NCBI GenBank assembly: GCA_024704765.1
Contig: JAKMXF010000310.1
Span: 248,001 to 312,000, forward strand
Direction of reading: 5' to 3'
Source: Oopsacas minuta
Lineage: Eukaryota > Animalia > Porifera
DNA: 64,000 nt
Made by a program: the position numbers and the translations under genes. The notes below the pieces were generated by a model, which saw only the letters and a program-made list of their open reading frames with translations, was not told the origin of the DNA and ran no database searches. Each line of letters begins with the position of its first letter. The first letter of the stretch is position 1. Below, piece by piece: positions 13,435 through 25,278 of this stretch.

Positions 13435-14130
13435 ATGGGTGGGAACATATTCCATATATTCGCACTATCTCTGTTGCTTACAATAATTTCTGTCACAGAA
13501 TGTAGAATCCTATCCGAAATTCCCGCAATCACACCAGTTAGAAATGATAATACTCGGATTAATGTGGGGGTGCAACCAGCTGAAGATTATGTTGCGTTAA
13601 TTGTAAATGAGAAAGTTAGACTTATTCAGAATGAACTCTACACCGCGAACGAACAACTCTCAAATGCTAAAGATGAACTCGTTAAGAAGGATAATGAACT
13701 GAAACTACTCAAAGCGGATCTCCAAGATAGAGTTACTATGGAAGCTAGACTCAAATATGCTATTGCTAATGCTACCATCAGTGGCGATGGGTGGACTTGC
13801 AACACGCCTAATCCCATGATATATCCAACAGGTGATAGGTATTGTTGGATTCCATCTGGTAACTGGGTGAACTTTGATCTAAAGGAGAAGTTTACTATAA
13901 ATCTCATTCGTTTTCGTCTGTATGATCAAGATGCTCGTGTCTATACCTATAACCTACACGTTTCTTCTGATTACAGGAATTGGATTAGCATAGCTGAAGG
14001 TGCAACTGGACAATCTGCTCAAGAGTACTTACTGAAAAAAGCCCTGCAAATCCGCTATATCAAGATGGAGGGTCGTAATACTTTAAACGCGCAGCTCCAC
14101 TTGAATACTTTAACGGTAGATTGGGTGTAG
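13435..14130 (+). CDS. secreted protein: signal peptide, coiled coil and BTBD9-like F5/8 type C (discoidin) domain, 231 aa, intronless
   Basis: ATG at 13435 is followed by hydrophobic IFHIFALSLLLTIISVTEC; heptad region follows; LYDQDARVYTYNLHVSSD...W...IRYIKMEG resembles the BTBD9 C-terminal discoidin (LWDCDDRSYSYYVEVS). Confidence 0.75.
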   Translation: MGGNIFHIFALSLLLTIISVTECRILSEIPAITPVRNDNTRINVGVQPAEDYVALIVNEKVRLIQNELYTANEQLSNAKDELVKKDNELKLLKADLQDRVTMEARLKYAIANATISGDGWTCNTPNPMIYPTGDRYCWIPSGNWVNFDLKEKFTINLIRFRLYDQDARVYTYNLHVSSDYRNWISIAEGATGQSAQEYLLKKALQIRYIKMEGRNTLNAQLHLNTLTVDWV

Positions 14131-14434
14131 AGATCCAAAATTTTTAGGTGTTGCCGAGATTAGATTGTAAACTTGTAATTTAACATATTCGTGGAGATTT
14201 AGTTTGTATTTTTGACATTCTTTTGTATTAGCCTATTTAAATTTGTACAATTTGAAATAATACTCAAATGTGATTTCTTTGGGCTAAAATATATGCAATC
14301 AAGAGTTGTGAAAAATAAGCTATAGAGTATAGCGGGTTATTATAATATGTAATGACAAATTAAGTGTAATGCGCAGACTGCAGAGCCGATCGACTCGATA
14401 GAGGTCAATAGAGACACAGGCATACACCGAAATA

Positions 14435-14590
14435 CAGTAGACTCTTGTTAATACGTACTCGTCATCCGGAGTACGTATTATCCGAACTAATTTACAATGA
14501 AAAGGCATCGAAGCGGACTGATAAAGTGTACAAATCAGTACCCCCTTATCGGAGTTAAGTCTTAACAGTGTTCGTATTAATAGTTCATCC
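14435..14590. mobile_element. pogo-type MITE with decayed right end
   Basis: TA|CAGTAGACTCTTGTTAATACGTAC left end matches the family. Confidence 0.5.
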
Positions 14591-14669
14591 ATCAAATCAT
14601 AAAATGCAGAAAATTTTACTCAATATTGAATTAGTATGAAATGAGAGAAATATACTCCATATATCTATC

Positions 14670-15340
14670 ATGGTTCTGAACATATTTCATATATTCGCAC
14701 TATCTCTGTTACTCACAATAATTTGTGTCACAGAAGGTAATGACAGAGTTGACAACTGTCCCAGCTGTGAGATGCCATTTCGTCTGTCTACTACTGACAT
14801 CAACAGATCATCTCTCACAAAAATTACACTCTAGCTCTGTAGATGGATATGGTGATTTCAGAATAACTGTTTCACAAAACTCAACTAATTATCACATTTA
14901 TTCGACTAGGATAAGTCTTACAAATTGGCCTTTTGATGCTCAATGTAGAATACTATTCGAAATTCCTACAATCACGCCAGTTATAAATGATGATACACAG
15001 CTTAGGGTATTGTTTCCATCTTTCAGATATTTCCTTGTAAATCTTCAACCAGCTGAAGAGCATATTACATCACTTTTTTATGAGAAAGTTGGACTTATCT
15101 AACACGAAACAACAACTATCAAATACTATAGATGAGCTCGCTACTACGAATAAACTCACAAACAGCAGATGAATTGAAATTACTCAAAGAGGAATTAGAA
15201 AATAGAATTACCATGCAAGCTAAACTTAAATATGCTATGGCTACTGCAACAATAATATGATATGATTGGAGATGTCACACGCCTAACCTGATGCAATTCC
15301 GACAGGTAATAGGAATTATTGGATTTCAGCTGGTAATTGG
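14670..15340 (+). pseudogene. pseudogene paralogue of the secreted discoidin gene
   Basis: Near-identical signal-peptide coding sequence (ATGGTTCTGAACATATTTCATATATTCGCACTATCTCTG); frameshifts; TAA at 15100-15102; truncated early in the discoidin region. Confidence 0.8.
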
Positions 15341-16286
15341 ATGTATAAACTCACTTATCAATAGAAACGTGTCAAAAATTGAATAATACATATATGATAA
15401 TATATCCATTTCTGATATTCACAATTCAGAATTGAATTATACGAAAATGATTACCCTGTTAGTATGGGGCTAACCGTTGGAACGAAATTTATAAAAATTC
15501 ATTTGGAATTATTAGCCAAAGGTTGTGAAAATTTTGGTTAATAATATGAAAACTAATTCACTAAACATCCCTCACACTTTAATTACGAATAGAATTGCAG
15601 GTGACATCTAATATAAATAGTTAAATACATTACAGTGTCAATGTAAATAAATGCAGTAGACCAAATTGAATTGAGTAGAATAATGTAAAAAGCCTCCAAT
15701 CTAATTGGTCAAACATTAATTACCAAAAACGTGTGAAAATATTCACATTAGAAGTATTCAATACATACCAGAGGTGCACATCTACACACAAAATTGTACC
15801 CATGTGCCAATTTCCATGTCAATCTGACGACTAGATTTGCTAGGACAGCGGAGACGGACGGAGGAAGTTGTACCTCTTATATACCAATAGGTCATCTCGC
15901 TATAGGATCGTGCCAATATATTATAGTGCAGCAATGCTGCAATGGTGCACTCGTAGACAGGCTAAAACAGACGACTATAATATATCGTCGAATTATAGTG
16001 TAAGATAGTGTTCAGTATTAAGTTACTCGAACCCATCCCTGAATAAATTGATGAAATAACTACAATCTCATATTACAGTATAAGAGTACTATTCATTAAA
16101 CTATAAACTTAACTGTAAGGATATTATGTGAATTATTTCTGGAAAGGAAATATATCTCTAACAAATCCAGAAAGGAAAATCTTCCCCAAAATACAATAAA
16201 ATGAAGTATAAAATGATTAACAAATTAACACTAGTCATTAGACGTATGTTATGAAACTTGTATAATCAATTTTAAGGTCGAGTAAT

Positions 16287-17496
16287 ATGTTTATTTGTGA
16301 AATTCGAAATATATATTTTACAATTTATGATGTGTTATTCTCTCTTCATATAATTATATTAATCGTGTGGGTTGTCGCATTATTCAACAGTTTCATCCAA
16401 TTGAGAAGGAAAGCTAAGTACTCCAGCTCCAGTATACCCTCATTTAGTCAGGATGCTATGTTGGAGGCTCTCAATACAAAAGTAGAATATCGTAAGTCTG
16501 TATTCCTGTTTGCTATTGTATTATCTGAATTAATTTCTTCTATATTTACTCTCCTCACGAATACAGAAACATTGATTAATTCATATTGCGTAAAAGCACT
16601 AGATCAGAATTACAGGAATTATAGTAGTGAATCAGTTAACAAGACCAGAGAAATAATATTAAATATTTCCTCCCCTATGCTCCGTACCAAGATTCAGTTG
16701 CTGAATCTACTAATAACAGTGATTGTAATAACTCTCTCCCGCTATATTTTACAAATAGTACAAGACGATTTCTCCTGGTTTCTTTCGGTATTCCCCTGAT
16801 CCTAACATTCTCGTTGGTTTACACACTGATGTCATACTATGTAATGGTAACTAAGAAATCTCTAAGTTATAATATCTCGTTGAAATCAGTGGATTTAGCT
16901 CGTGAACAGAAGATTCTATTATTGACGTCATCTGTTGCTAGTATCATCCTGATGTTACTGCTTGTGAGAATAGAAGTGTATGTATTATTCCATATTATTG
17001 AGAGTAGTGTTGCTATACTACAATCATATCTTACAGCCAAATACTCAATTAAACTTGTTCGTATTATTAAATGGAAAATATTGGACACTAAAATAGCATT
17101 TGAAGAAGATGATCACTTATTCAAATCTTATACTAAAAGTCTTAAAAAGTTCAGATTGTTCGCTTTCTTTTACAATATTGTTGTAGTTTGTTTTACCGTT
17201 CATGTTATCTTACGCTCTATTATGATTATCTCAATATCTCCTTATGGATTATCGCAATTATATAGTGTATCTCTTATCTCTACAAGTATGGCGAATATAT
17301 ATATATTTTAGAAAATATTCAGGAAATCACGTTGTTAATGGAGCAAAGACCTTTACTAGCTTCTCTACTCATTCTCTTCACCTTGAATATGTTCAGTATT
17401 CCATATTTGTTATCAAAAACCAATCTCAGCTGTAGTTTCAACTGCAAACGTTTCTATTTCAAATTTAAAAAGAACCTGAGCGAACCCTTATTATAA
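16287..17496 (+). pseudogene. 7TM receptor-like gene, copy 1, with two frame breaks
   Basis: Shares ALNTKVEYRKS and VYTLMSYYVMVTKKSL with 18156-19316. One break lies at about 16640-16790 and one in the (AT)6 run at about 17295-17306; the homologous C-terminus continues to TAA at 17496. Confidence 0.75.
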
Positions 17497-18155
17497 TTCT
17501 ATGAATATGAATTAGTTTTGCATAATATTAATTTACTGTAATGTAGTATTAAAGTTAATTTTTCCAAATAACTATGGAAGGTAGCACAGTTAAAATAATT
17601 GATTTGATAATTAGCTGTATTCAAGAAAGATCGTAATACATAATGCTAAATAATGACAAATAAATGTTGCCCAAACTCCCTCTCGTTGCGTAACCGGACT
17701 TCCATATCTCGTAACGGGGCTCCCGGTTAAATAACGAGGCGTCCGGTTACGCAACGGGCATGTAACCAGACAGGTTAGGCATCGGTGCGGAACATATATA
17801 CGTCTATTTGAAATTAATGAGCAGGGGAACACTCTTTCTACGACTCTGGACCAGAAAGAATAATCCTTATAGTGTTGAGTTCTTCATTGACCTCAAAACT
17901 GCTGCACCCGAGCTTTTCATGCATATCTATATCATGCATGACTTAAGGCAGAACATAATTACACATTACAAGTTATTGTATTACGGATAAATAAGCATTA
18001 AGAGAAATTGATATTATTTAATAAGGAGATTACATAAGAATTATGTATTTGTATTACAAAACGAAGGGATATTTCCGAAACTAAATACTTATGTAATATG
18101 TCTGAGAAAGTATAAATGAATAAGTGACTAATATTATAGCTATATTAACTACTAA

Positions 18156-19316
18156 ATGTATCAAATGTTATTCGCACACCTACAAATATTCAGCGAAATA
18201 TTTGTTAATACAATTTCTAGCTTTCTGCACTCTGTGACTACAATAATACTTCTATTATGGGTTTGGGTATTATTCAAAGCTGCAATCCGGTTGAGAAGGA
18301 AACTGAAGGATTTTACGGAATCTACAAATAATGAAGATGGTAACTTAGATGCTCTCAACACAAAAGTAGAATATCGTAAGTCACAGTTCATGCTTGCTAT
18401 TGTATTATCTGAGTTAATTTTTGCTATAATCACAGTCGTGACGAGTGCAGAATTATTGGTAAAGCTTGTTTTAACTTACCTGAATATTGAAAACCATCCA
18501 AATCAAACTGAATATGATAGTAGAAACATTAGTAGCTGCGAAGACAATGGTAATTATCATTACGTTACTGGTTGGCAATACACAACATGGGAGAGAATTT
18601 CATTGGTTTGTTTCGGTATTCCACTGATCCTAGCAAACTCGTTAGTTTACACACTGATGTCATACTATGTAATGGTAACTAAGAAATCTCTAAACTATAA
18701 TATCTCGTTGAAATCAGTGGATTTAGCTCGTGAACAGAAGATTCTATTGTCGAAGTCGTGTATTGCTTGTATTATCCTAATGTTGTTAATAGTAATTGAG
18801 CCACTATTTATACTTTATGAGCTGGCAGAATGTATTATCTGCTCAATACAAGTAGGATGTATCATACGCTATAGAAAGGAACTTGTTTGTGTTATTATGT
18901 GGAAAATATCAGACGTTAAAATAGCATTTGGAAAAGATCATCACTTGTTCAAATATTATACCAAAACTCTAAGAAAGTTCAAAACATTCGCAAACTTCTT
19001 TATTATTGTTATAGCTTTCTTCTCTGTCTTCTTACTAATTCACTGGGTGAGAAGTAGTCTATTTTTCATACAATCAAAAGAGTTATATCAATTTTATGGA
19101 ATATGTATACACCAATATCCGATTTTAACCAACGTAATAATACATATGGTACACATACTCGAGATGATACCATTAACTATCTCTTATATACTACTTTTCC
19201 TTCTGAACATCTCAACTATTCCTTACTTATTATCAAAATTTAACCGATGTCCTCTCAATTTAAGTTTTGCTACATTCTCTTCTAAAAAACAACTGGATAT
19301 GCCGTTGTTAAAGTAA
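18156..19316 (+). CDS. intronless multi-pass (~7 TM) receptor-like protein, 386 aa
   Basis: Open ORF with about 7 hydrophobic segments and an N-glycosylation-rich loop; tandem paralogue upstream. Family not identified. Confidence 0.75.
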   Translation: MYQMLFAHLQIFSEIFVNTISSFLHSVTTIILLLWVWVLFKAAIRLRRKLKDFTESTNNEDGNLDALNTKVEYRKSQFMLAIVLSELIFAIITVVTSAELLVKLVLTYLNIENHPNQTEYDSRNISSCEDNGNYHYVTGWQYTTWERISLVCFGIPLILANSLVYTLMSYYVMVTKKSLNYNISLKSVDLAREQKILLSKSCIACIILMLLIVIEPLFILYELAECIICSIQVGCIIRYRKELVCVIMWKISDVKIAFGKDHHLFKYYTKTLRKFKTFANFFIIVIAFFSVFLLIHWVRSSLFFIQSKELYQFYGICIHQYPILTNVIIHMVHILEMIPLTISYILLFLLNISTIPYLLSKFNRCPLNLSFATFSSKKQLDMPLLK

Positions 19317-19421
19317 TGTGTATAAATTATCTAGGTTGTATAAGGTACTTGTATTTATTATTTAACATATTTAGTACGTAACTATTTATTTTACCTGTGG
19401 TTATAAATAAAACTGCTATTA

Positions 19422-19450
19422 AATAATAATAATAATAATAATAATAATAA
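19422..19450. repeat. (AAT)n microsatellite
   Basis: Direct reading of the sequence. Confidence 0.9.
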
Positions 19451-20034
19451 CCATGTATCATACTATACGTATATACGTATAATCTAAGTTGTATAATACA
19501 GATTATTCGTTCAATCTACAATTTTTGACTGATTTTCACAATAGATATTAGCATGAAAAGAGTTCTCGCATTGTTATGAGGAATCTCCACATATTTGGCC
19601 AATATAAGTAATACACTTGATAATAATGTGATTTATACAAGTCTAACAATGTCAAAATCTCCTATTTAGATATTAACCTACACGTATTATACAACTTAGC
19701 GGTGTAATATGGCTATACTTCGCCCTCATCGAATAGAAGGCCTATGTACTAGTAGAATTCCAGTGTTACAATACTGAAATAAGACAAATTGAGAAAAAGT
19801 TATTACCATATTTTTAATAGTAAAATTTAGGATACTTTTCTCAATACCAGTAGTATAAGGTATTCAGCTCTCAATACCTTATACTCAAACAAACCGCAAA
19901 CATCTATTAGTATAATTAATTACATAATGACCGATATTCCTAAGAGTCTATTCAACTATCCGTTTACAAACTAATAATCCAATAGAATTGACCTACGTAT
20001 AAAGTCTACTAAACTACTCAACTAACTAGAAGAA

Positions 20035-21213
20035 TTACTCAGTGGCTTTGTCCTTCTTGAGCATTCCCATGAAGTCTCTCTTCTCCGTGTGTGTCTGGAA
20101 CCTACCGTGTCCAAACTTGCTAGCAGTGTCAATAAATTTGAGATTTATAACCTCGCGACTTTTACGACTGACCTGAGGTGCTAGAGCTTTCCTCAGAGTT
20201 AGAACTCGCTTCTTCTTTCCTACGGTACAACCCTTCAGCATTAAGAAGTCCTGTCTCACAACTCCATAGTGCGGGAAACCTCCCAGAGGTGTGATCTTCT
20301 TATCCGTGGTGTCATTTGGAGTACGTGCGTTAGCTTTGTCCCCTCCTTTTCCCATCAAATATATCTTCTTGTTCATTTCGGTACGATGATGGTACCCCTT
20401 CTGACCTGCTCTCGCCACAGAGAACCCCACACGTGCCGGATGCCACGCTCCGATACAAGCTACCTTCCTGAGACCCTTGTGTGTCTTGCGAGGCAACTTC
20501 TTAGTGTGCCAACGAGACGTTACTCCTTTGAAGCCGTGACCCTTAGTAGCGCCTATTACATCAATAGATTCATTAGAATTGAATACCTCAGTAATTGGCA
20601 GTTCTTGCTCAAGATGTTCTCTAGCCCAATCCACCTTGTCAGGGATTGACCCTCCATTCAGCTGTATCTCCATAAGATGAGCTTTCTTCTGTTTGATACT
20701 GAGTTTGTGTAGTTGTGTGTGAGCTAGTATTCTTATCACTGTACAGTACTTGTTCATCTTCTCGAATTTCCTCTGGATGTCTAGTTTCCCTTCTTCCTTC
20801 TCCCAACTAGCTTTCACACGCTGACATGCCTTCTTCTTACAACGGTACCAGTTCTTATAGAACCGTCTCAAACATTCGTTGTTAATTTTATGTGACAGTA
20901 CAGTTGTGAGGGTGCGGAGACCCCTGGGTGTCTCTATGTACCCCACTACACCCACACATACCATGGGAGGAGTCTCTACAATCGTGACTGCTTCCACAAC
21001 TTCAATCATCTTCACCTTAGTTTCAGGACGCTCCATGTCTCTAATCACATGAGTCATGCCAGCCTTGTAGCCCATGAATGCGGTTAGATGCACAGGCTTA
21101 CTTGAATCGTCACGCGGGAAGGACTTTACCTTCCCTCGGTGTCTCTTGGTACGTTTACGGGGTAGAAAACCTAGACTGCCGTGACGTGGTGCTGAGAACT
21201 TCCTATGAGACAT
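20035..21213 (-). CDS. RPL3: 60S ribosomal protein L3 (uL3), intronless, 392 aa, locally divergent
   Basis: [21 protein letters not shown] start (ATG 21213); [25 protein letters not shown]; [15 protein letters not shown]. The ORF-track extension to 21297 starts at TTG inside a transposon TIR. Confidence 0.97.
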   Translation of the reverse strand: MSHRKFSAPRHGSLGFLPRKRTKRHRGKVKSFPRDDSSKPVHLTAFMGYKAGMTHVIRDMERPETKVKMIEVVEAVTIVETPPMVCVGVVGYIETPRGLRTLTTVLSHKINNECLRRFYKNWYRCKKKACQRVKASWEKEEGKLDIQRKFEKMNKYCTVIRILAHTQLHKLSIKQKKAHLMEIQLNGGSIPDKVDWAREHLEQELPITEVFNSNESIDVIGATKGHGFKGVTSRWHTKKLPRKTHKGLRKVACIGAWHPARVGFSVARAGQKGYHHRTEMNKKIYLMGKGGDKANARTPNDTTDKKITPLGGFPHYGVVRQDFLMLKGCTVGKKKRVLTLRKALAPQVSRKSREVINLKFIDTASKFGHGRFQTHTEKRDFMGMLKKDKATE

Positions 21214-21449
21214 TCCGCTTATCAGCTGACTAGATATAGTAATGATAAGTTTAGGGCTTCCCAAATTCACGGAACGGAACGGACAGGTTTTTTTCAATAA
21301 ATTTCAAATTTTTTATTTCTTATCTATAGTTATTTGTTGCACATTTGGCCTTGTAAATCACAGAATATTGTATCATGACGGTTGTCAAGCATTTCTATTG
21401 ACTTTCACGTCGATGATAATCAATTTTCTCCAGACTTGACACACTAATG

Positions 21450-21724
21450 CAGGGGTGGGCAAACTACGGCCCGCCTGGCTTAAGTTATTTCAGTACTCTA
21501 ATTATTTGATCACTGTCTTACTCTTCCTTACGCACTCGGAAATTTCGTCCCATGGAAAATTTGATTTTTAGTTAACTATTATGTATAATTATTGTTTATT
21601 TACAATTATCTAGTACAGTTACTCTAATAAATTAGACATGGAACGTAGACGTAGGTCAATACGGCCCGCATTAAAATTTGGAATTAGAATGCGGCCTGCG
21701 CAGAAAAAAGTTTGCCCACCCCTG
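21450..21724. mobile_element. hAT (Charlie-like) MITE nested in the Harbinger-like element
   Basis: TIR CAGGGGTGGGCAAACT; perfect 8-bp TSD CACTAATG. Confidence 0.92.
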
Positions 21725-22018
21725 CACTAATGTCTCAAGTCTGGAAGTCAATTATAATTATAGAGTTCCTTCATATTAAAAAAGTGTCCAATTGGAGAGT
21801 TAGGAAGGTGACCAGTATTTGGTTTCTTTTAGGTCGGGGTCTATGCATCATTGTAATGGCGAATATTATATGGACCACCTGTCGGCTGGATAACTACCTC
21901 CCGCTAGCTCATAAAAGGAGATCGAAAATTAGAAATTTGAACAAATGGGTACAAATTTCACTTATTGATTACCATCGACGTGAAGTGTCATAACAAAAAC
22001 TTGACAACCGTCATGATA

Positions 22019-22145
22019 CAATAAAACCTCCAAAAGGTGAACACCCTGCGGACCGGCAAAAATGTTCACTTTTAAGAGGTCATATCCTATGTAATTTATA
22101 CATTTGGGACCGAGAAAAAGTGTTCATATTTTGGAGGTTTTACTG
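22019..22145. mobile_element. pogo-type MITE inserted in the right TIR of the Harbinger-like element
   Basis: TIR CA(A/G)TAAAACCTCCAAAA; TA TSD; the empty site CATGA-TA-CAATATTC is visible in the opposite arm. Confidence 0.9.
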
Positions 22146-22258
22146 TACAATATTCTGTGATTTGCAAGGCCAAATAAGCAACAAACAACGAATTTGAAAT
22201 TTCTTCAAGAAAACTTGTCTGTTCCGTTCCGTGAATTAGGGAAGCTCATATGAGGGTA

Positions 22259-22397
22259 CAGTACAACCCTATTATCCGAACTCGTTGGGACAATCAACAA
22301 TTCGGAAATTTGGGTCGTTTATACATAGTAAAATGGGAACTGGGACCAGGGAGCATGTTCAAATAATCGAAGAGTTCGGAAAATCGACGTTGCACTG
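22259..22397. mobile_element. pogo-type MITE
   Basis: TA|CAGTACAAC...GTTGCACTG|TA. Confidence 0.7.
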
Positions 22398-23927
22398 TAA
22401 ATAGCACAATTATTGCAGTGGTCTGGATAAGTATCATTCTAACCATAATACTACGTTCATGCCTGCTATGGCGGCGGTGCCCTTGAATACAAGTATCATA
22501 TGTAAATGTATACTAATATAATATGGTACAACTATAGAATCCGACACCCCCCCAACTTTTTTAATGTAGTCAAAAATCGCTATATGCACCGTTGAAGAAC
22601 TCGTTGAGAAAAGCTGATAGAGCTTTCGAACTCAAAAATCGGATGGAAACTGACGAAGTTACGAAAAATCTCCTAAATAAGCCAAATCCTATGGAGAAAA
22701 TTGTATTAGCTACTATACTGAAATAATGCTGATGAATTCTATACAAACTACCATAGGAATGCACATATAATCAATCTTGCGGTTATCAACGCTTGCGTCA
22801 GTTGATTGATTCTTTTATGAATTTATTAGTTTGCGTAATTTGTAGTTATTACTATTAAGAACGGTCAATTTAAACCTGGTGTGGCCTGGTTCCCAAAGGG
22901 GCGAAAACCTGGTCACACTGTATATCTCGGAAACTATAATTCGCATCGCTTAGCTTTAAAAAGGAAAACGGTAGGTCTTGGCCTCATCTAGCCAAAAATA
23001 CCACTTGGACCACATCCAGCTATCCTAACAATAGGTGTTATGCACTATTAATGTTGCCAAATAATCATCAAGTACATTTCAAAGATATCTTAACTAGGAT
23101 TCATTTGTTGCTTAGAAATATCCCAAATTTATACATTTATCCTAAGTAGGACTGGCTCCCTTGCTTGTCATTTTATCACACTGGCTTCAGAAACCCTAGA
23201 AGCAACAAAAGGAGGCATGCCACAACCTTCATAATTAATACGTTTATTCACCCATTTTCTAGCTGCAAATGACCGGATCCAACTTAGAATTCATGTTGTT
23301 ATCCAGGTGCAAACGCGTTTGCTGTTTTAGGGACCTTTGAGTCTATATGCTAGCGATATAGGAACGGGATTAGATAGTGTCGTGGTTGCTCCTGGGTCTG
23401 GGCTGATGTTAAAAGCATAAGTTGAATTATTGCAGTGGGACTTTTTATGTATTATTGTTTCTGTCCGTTTGCATGTAAACTGTCTGCAAATAGTAATCTC
23501 TTCGTTGAACTAGTTCTTCAGCTCGTTTGTGTAAAAATTATTTGTAAATATGTATGATCTGAAATACTTCCTGCGCTTACACAGGGATCACGACATCAAT
23601 ACGACAGGAATAGAAACAGCCCGACAATAGCTGTTATTGGCCAACGGAAGTTGCAATTGTTACTGTTCACAGCTAATAATAGTATGTCGTTAACAATAAA
23701 CAAGAATTCTGTTAACAACACTACATAACTTCTAATGTTAGCCGGGGTGAGTATTTATTTCAAGCTACCCTATGCCCTAGGGGCAGTTATTCGAGGCAAT
23801 ATGGGCGCATTTACTAGTTTCAATATCCCTTAGAATAGCTTATGCTAACATTTAGCAAGTATGTGATGTAAGAGTGTATAATGTAACTATTCTTAACAAA
23901 GTAATACTATATATATTAGCAACTAAA

Positions 23928-24854
23928 TTACACAACAGGATATAATTCTCTAATGCACTTGACGATGCTGTTTAGGATGTTTCCTTTATTCTTTCTTCTC
24001 CAACAAGACTCGATAAGGTGGGATTCTAGCAATTCAGGATTTGTTGTTTGGCCTCTTCTTTGCCTTTTCTTGACCACACCCCAAGCGTTTTCTATCCCTT
24101 GTGTATGGGTACCGTTAATTGGATCCACAAAATTCTCAGAATGGTTCACAGTGTGATGATCGTAGCCTGCAGCTGGGACAACATTATAAGCAGCCCATTC
24201 GTCTGAGTGGATGGTAGTTCCAGGTAATGCATATCGCTGAATGATGGGAAGTAGGGTTGCACCTGAGCAATCGGGAACTGGAATCATCAGTACGTTATCA
24301 GTACCTTGCTCATATATACCGAAAACCCATTGACCAGTGAGTAATCTACCACGGTTATATTTTCGTCTCCCAAATTTCGATTCATCAATCTCCACCACTG
24401 TACCGGGCCCACCTATTGGCTCCTGATTTATTATTAGATCCTCAATGCAAACATCTCTCATAAAATTCTTCCAGTTCACAACAGTATTCGGAGACCATTG
24501 CAATTGTTTCTCAAGAAATGCGTGTGACTGTATATCTTCACTCCAAAAATACAAGAACTGCATTAGTGAGGAAAGAGATAGGTTTGAACCATTGAAGAAA
24601 GACTCATAACGAAGTGAACAGGTTGTCTTACACGCTCTACATCTCCATTTCTTATTGTCCTTAGAATCGGTAAATGTACCTACATACATTATTGAGCCGC
24701 ATCTGCACTGGACTCCTCGTGGTAACAAGCCATAATGCTTAAACCAATCTATAGTATTTTCCAGAGAAGAAGACAACTGAAAGAGATCAGACAGTAAAAA
24801 GCTTGCTGAAATGTCAGGAATAATCAAGGGTTCGAGTAATATTGTGTGGTCCAT
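23928..24854 (-). CDS. Merlin/ISXO2-type DDE transposase, 308 aa, intact
   Basis: Zinc ribbon CRCG...WRCRAC; catalytic motifs VEIDESKF, IHSDEWAAY and TQGIENAW; HHTVNHSENFVDP. Confidence 0.93.
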   Translation of the reverse strand: MDHTILLEPLIIPDISASFLLSDLFQLSSSLENTIDWFKHYGLLPRGVQCRCGSIMYVGTFTDSKDNKKWRCRACKTTCSLRYESFFNGSNLSLSSLMQFLYFWSEDIQSHAFLEKQLQWSPNTVVNWKNFMRDVCIEDLIINQEPIGGPGTVVEIDESKFGRRKYNRGRLLTGQWVFGIYEQGTDNVLMIPVPDCSGATLLPIIQRYALPGTTIHSDEWAAYNVVPAAGYDHHTVNHSENFVDPINGTHTQGIENAWGVVKKRQRRGQTTNPELLESHLIESCWRRKNKGNILNSIVKCIRELYPVV

Positions 24855-25203
24855 TGTGGTTTGAATGATAGTAGTATATTACAAAATAATGTACGAAAGG
24901 TCTTTATATACTAACATACATTACAACCCATTCACATTTTTGGAATGCTTTTTACTTAAGCGACACAATTAAAGCTTAGATTATGTGGTTGTTTGTGGTC
25001 AACATTGTATTGCACAGTGTTACTTGAGTATAATTTGTTCAAAGGAATGTAGATTTTTATTAGTGATAGAAAATCATAGTGATATCAAGTTACTATTAAC
25101 GATTAACTATACGACGAGTAGTACGTATATTCAATTCATATACTATGATTATTGAATTGTTGGGAATTTCAGTCAAATCATACACAGGTATAATATAACC
25201 TAA

Positions 25204-25278
25204 AGCCCACCATACACGATGCAATTTTGTTGCATAAAACAGTTGCAATCAATCAAGTTGCATGGTGTATTGTGGGCT
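25204..25278. mobile_element. 75-bp Harbinger-type MITE inside the Merlin element
   Basis: TIR AGCCCAC(C/A)ATACAC(G/C)ATGCAA; TAA TSD on both sides. Confidence 0.8.

Larger units (their letters stand above)
21254..22247. mobile_element. PIF/Harbinger-like foldback element with ~190-bp TIRs
   Basis: 21254-~21425 is the inverted copy of ~21963-22247 once the pogo insert is removed; ends GGGCTTCCCAAATTCACGG / rc GAGCTTCCCTAATTCACGG; flanks TTA / ATA. Confidence 0.75.

Noticed and set aside
21214-21297. 28-aa N-terminal extension of RPL3 in the ORF track
   Set aside because: Starts at TTG inside a transposon TIR; the canonical MSHRKF start is at 21213.
22570-22764. Identical 64-aa ORFs at 22570 (-) and 26161 (+)
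   Set aside because: A by-product of the Merlin TIRs; no coding signature.
23330-23510. About 60 stop-free codons inside Merlin (FNEEITICRQ...RLKGP) as cargo
   Set aside because: No start codon or recognisable homology; too short to support.
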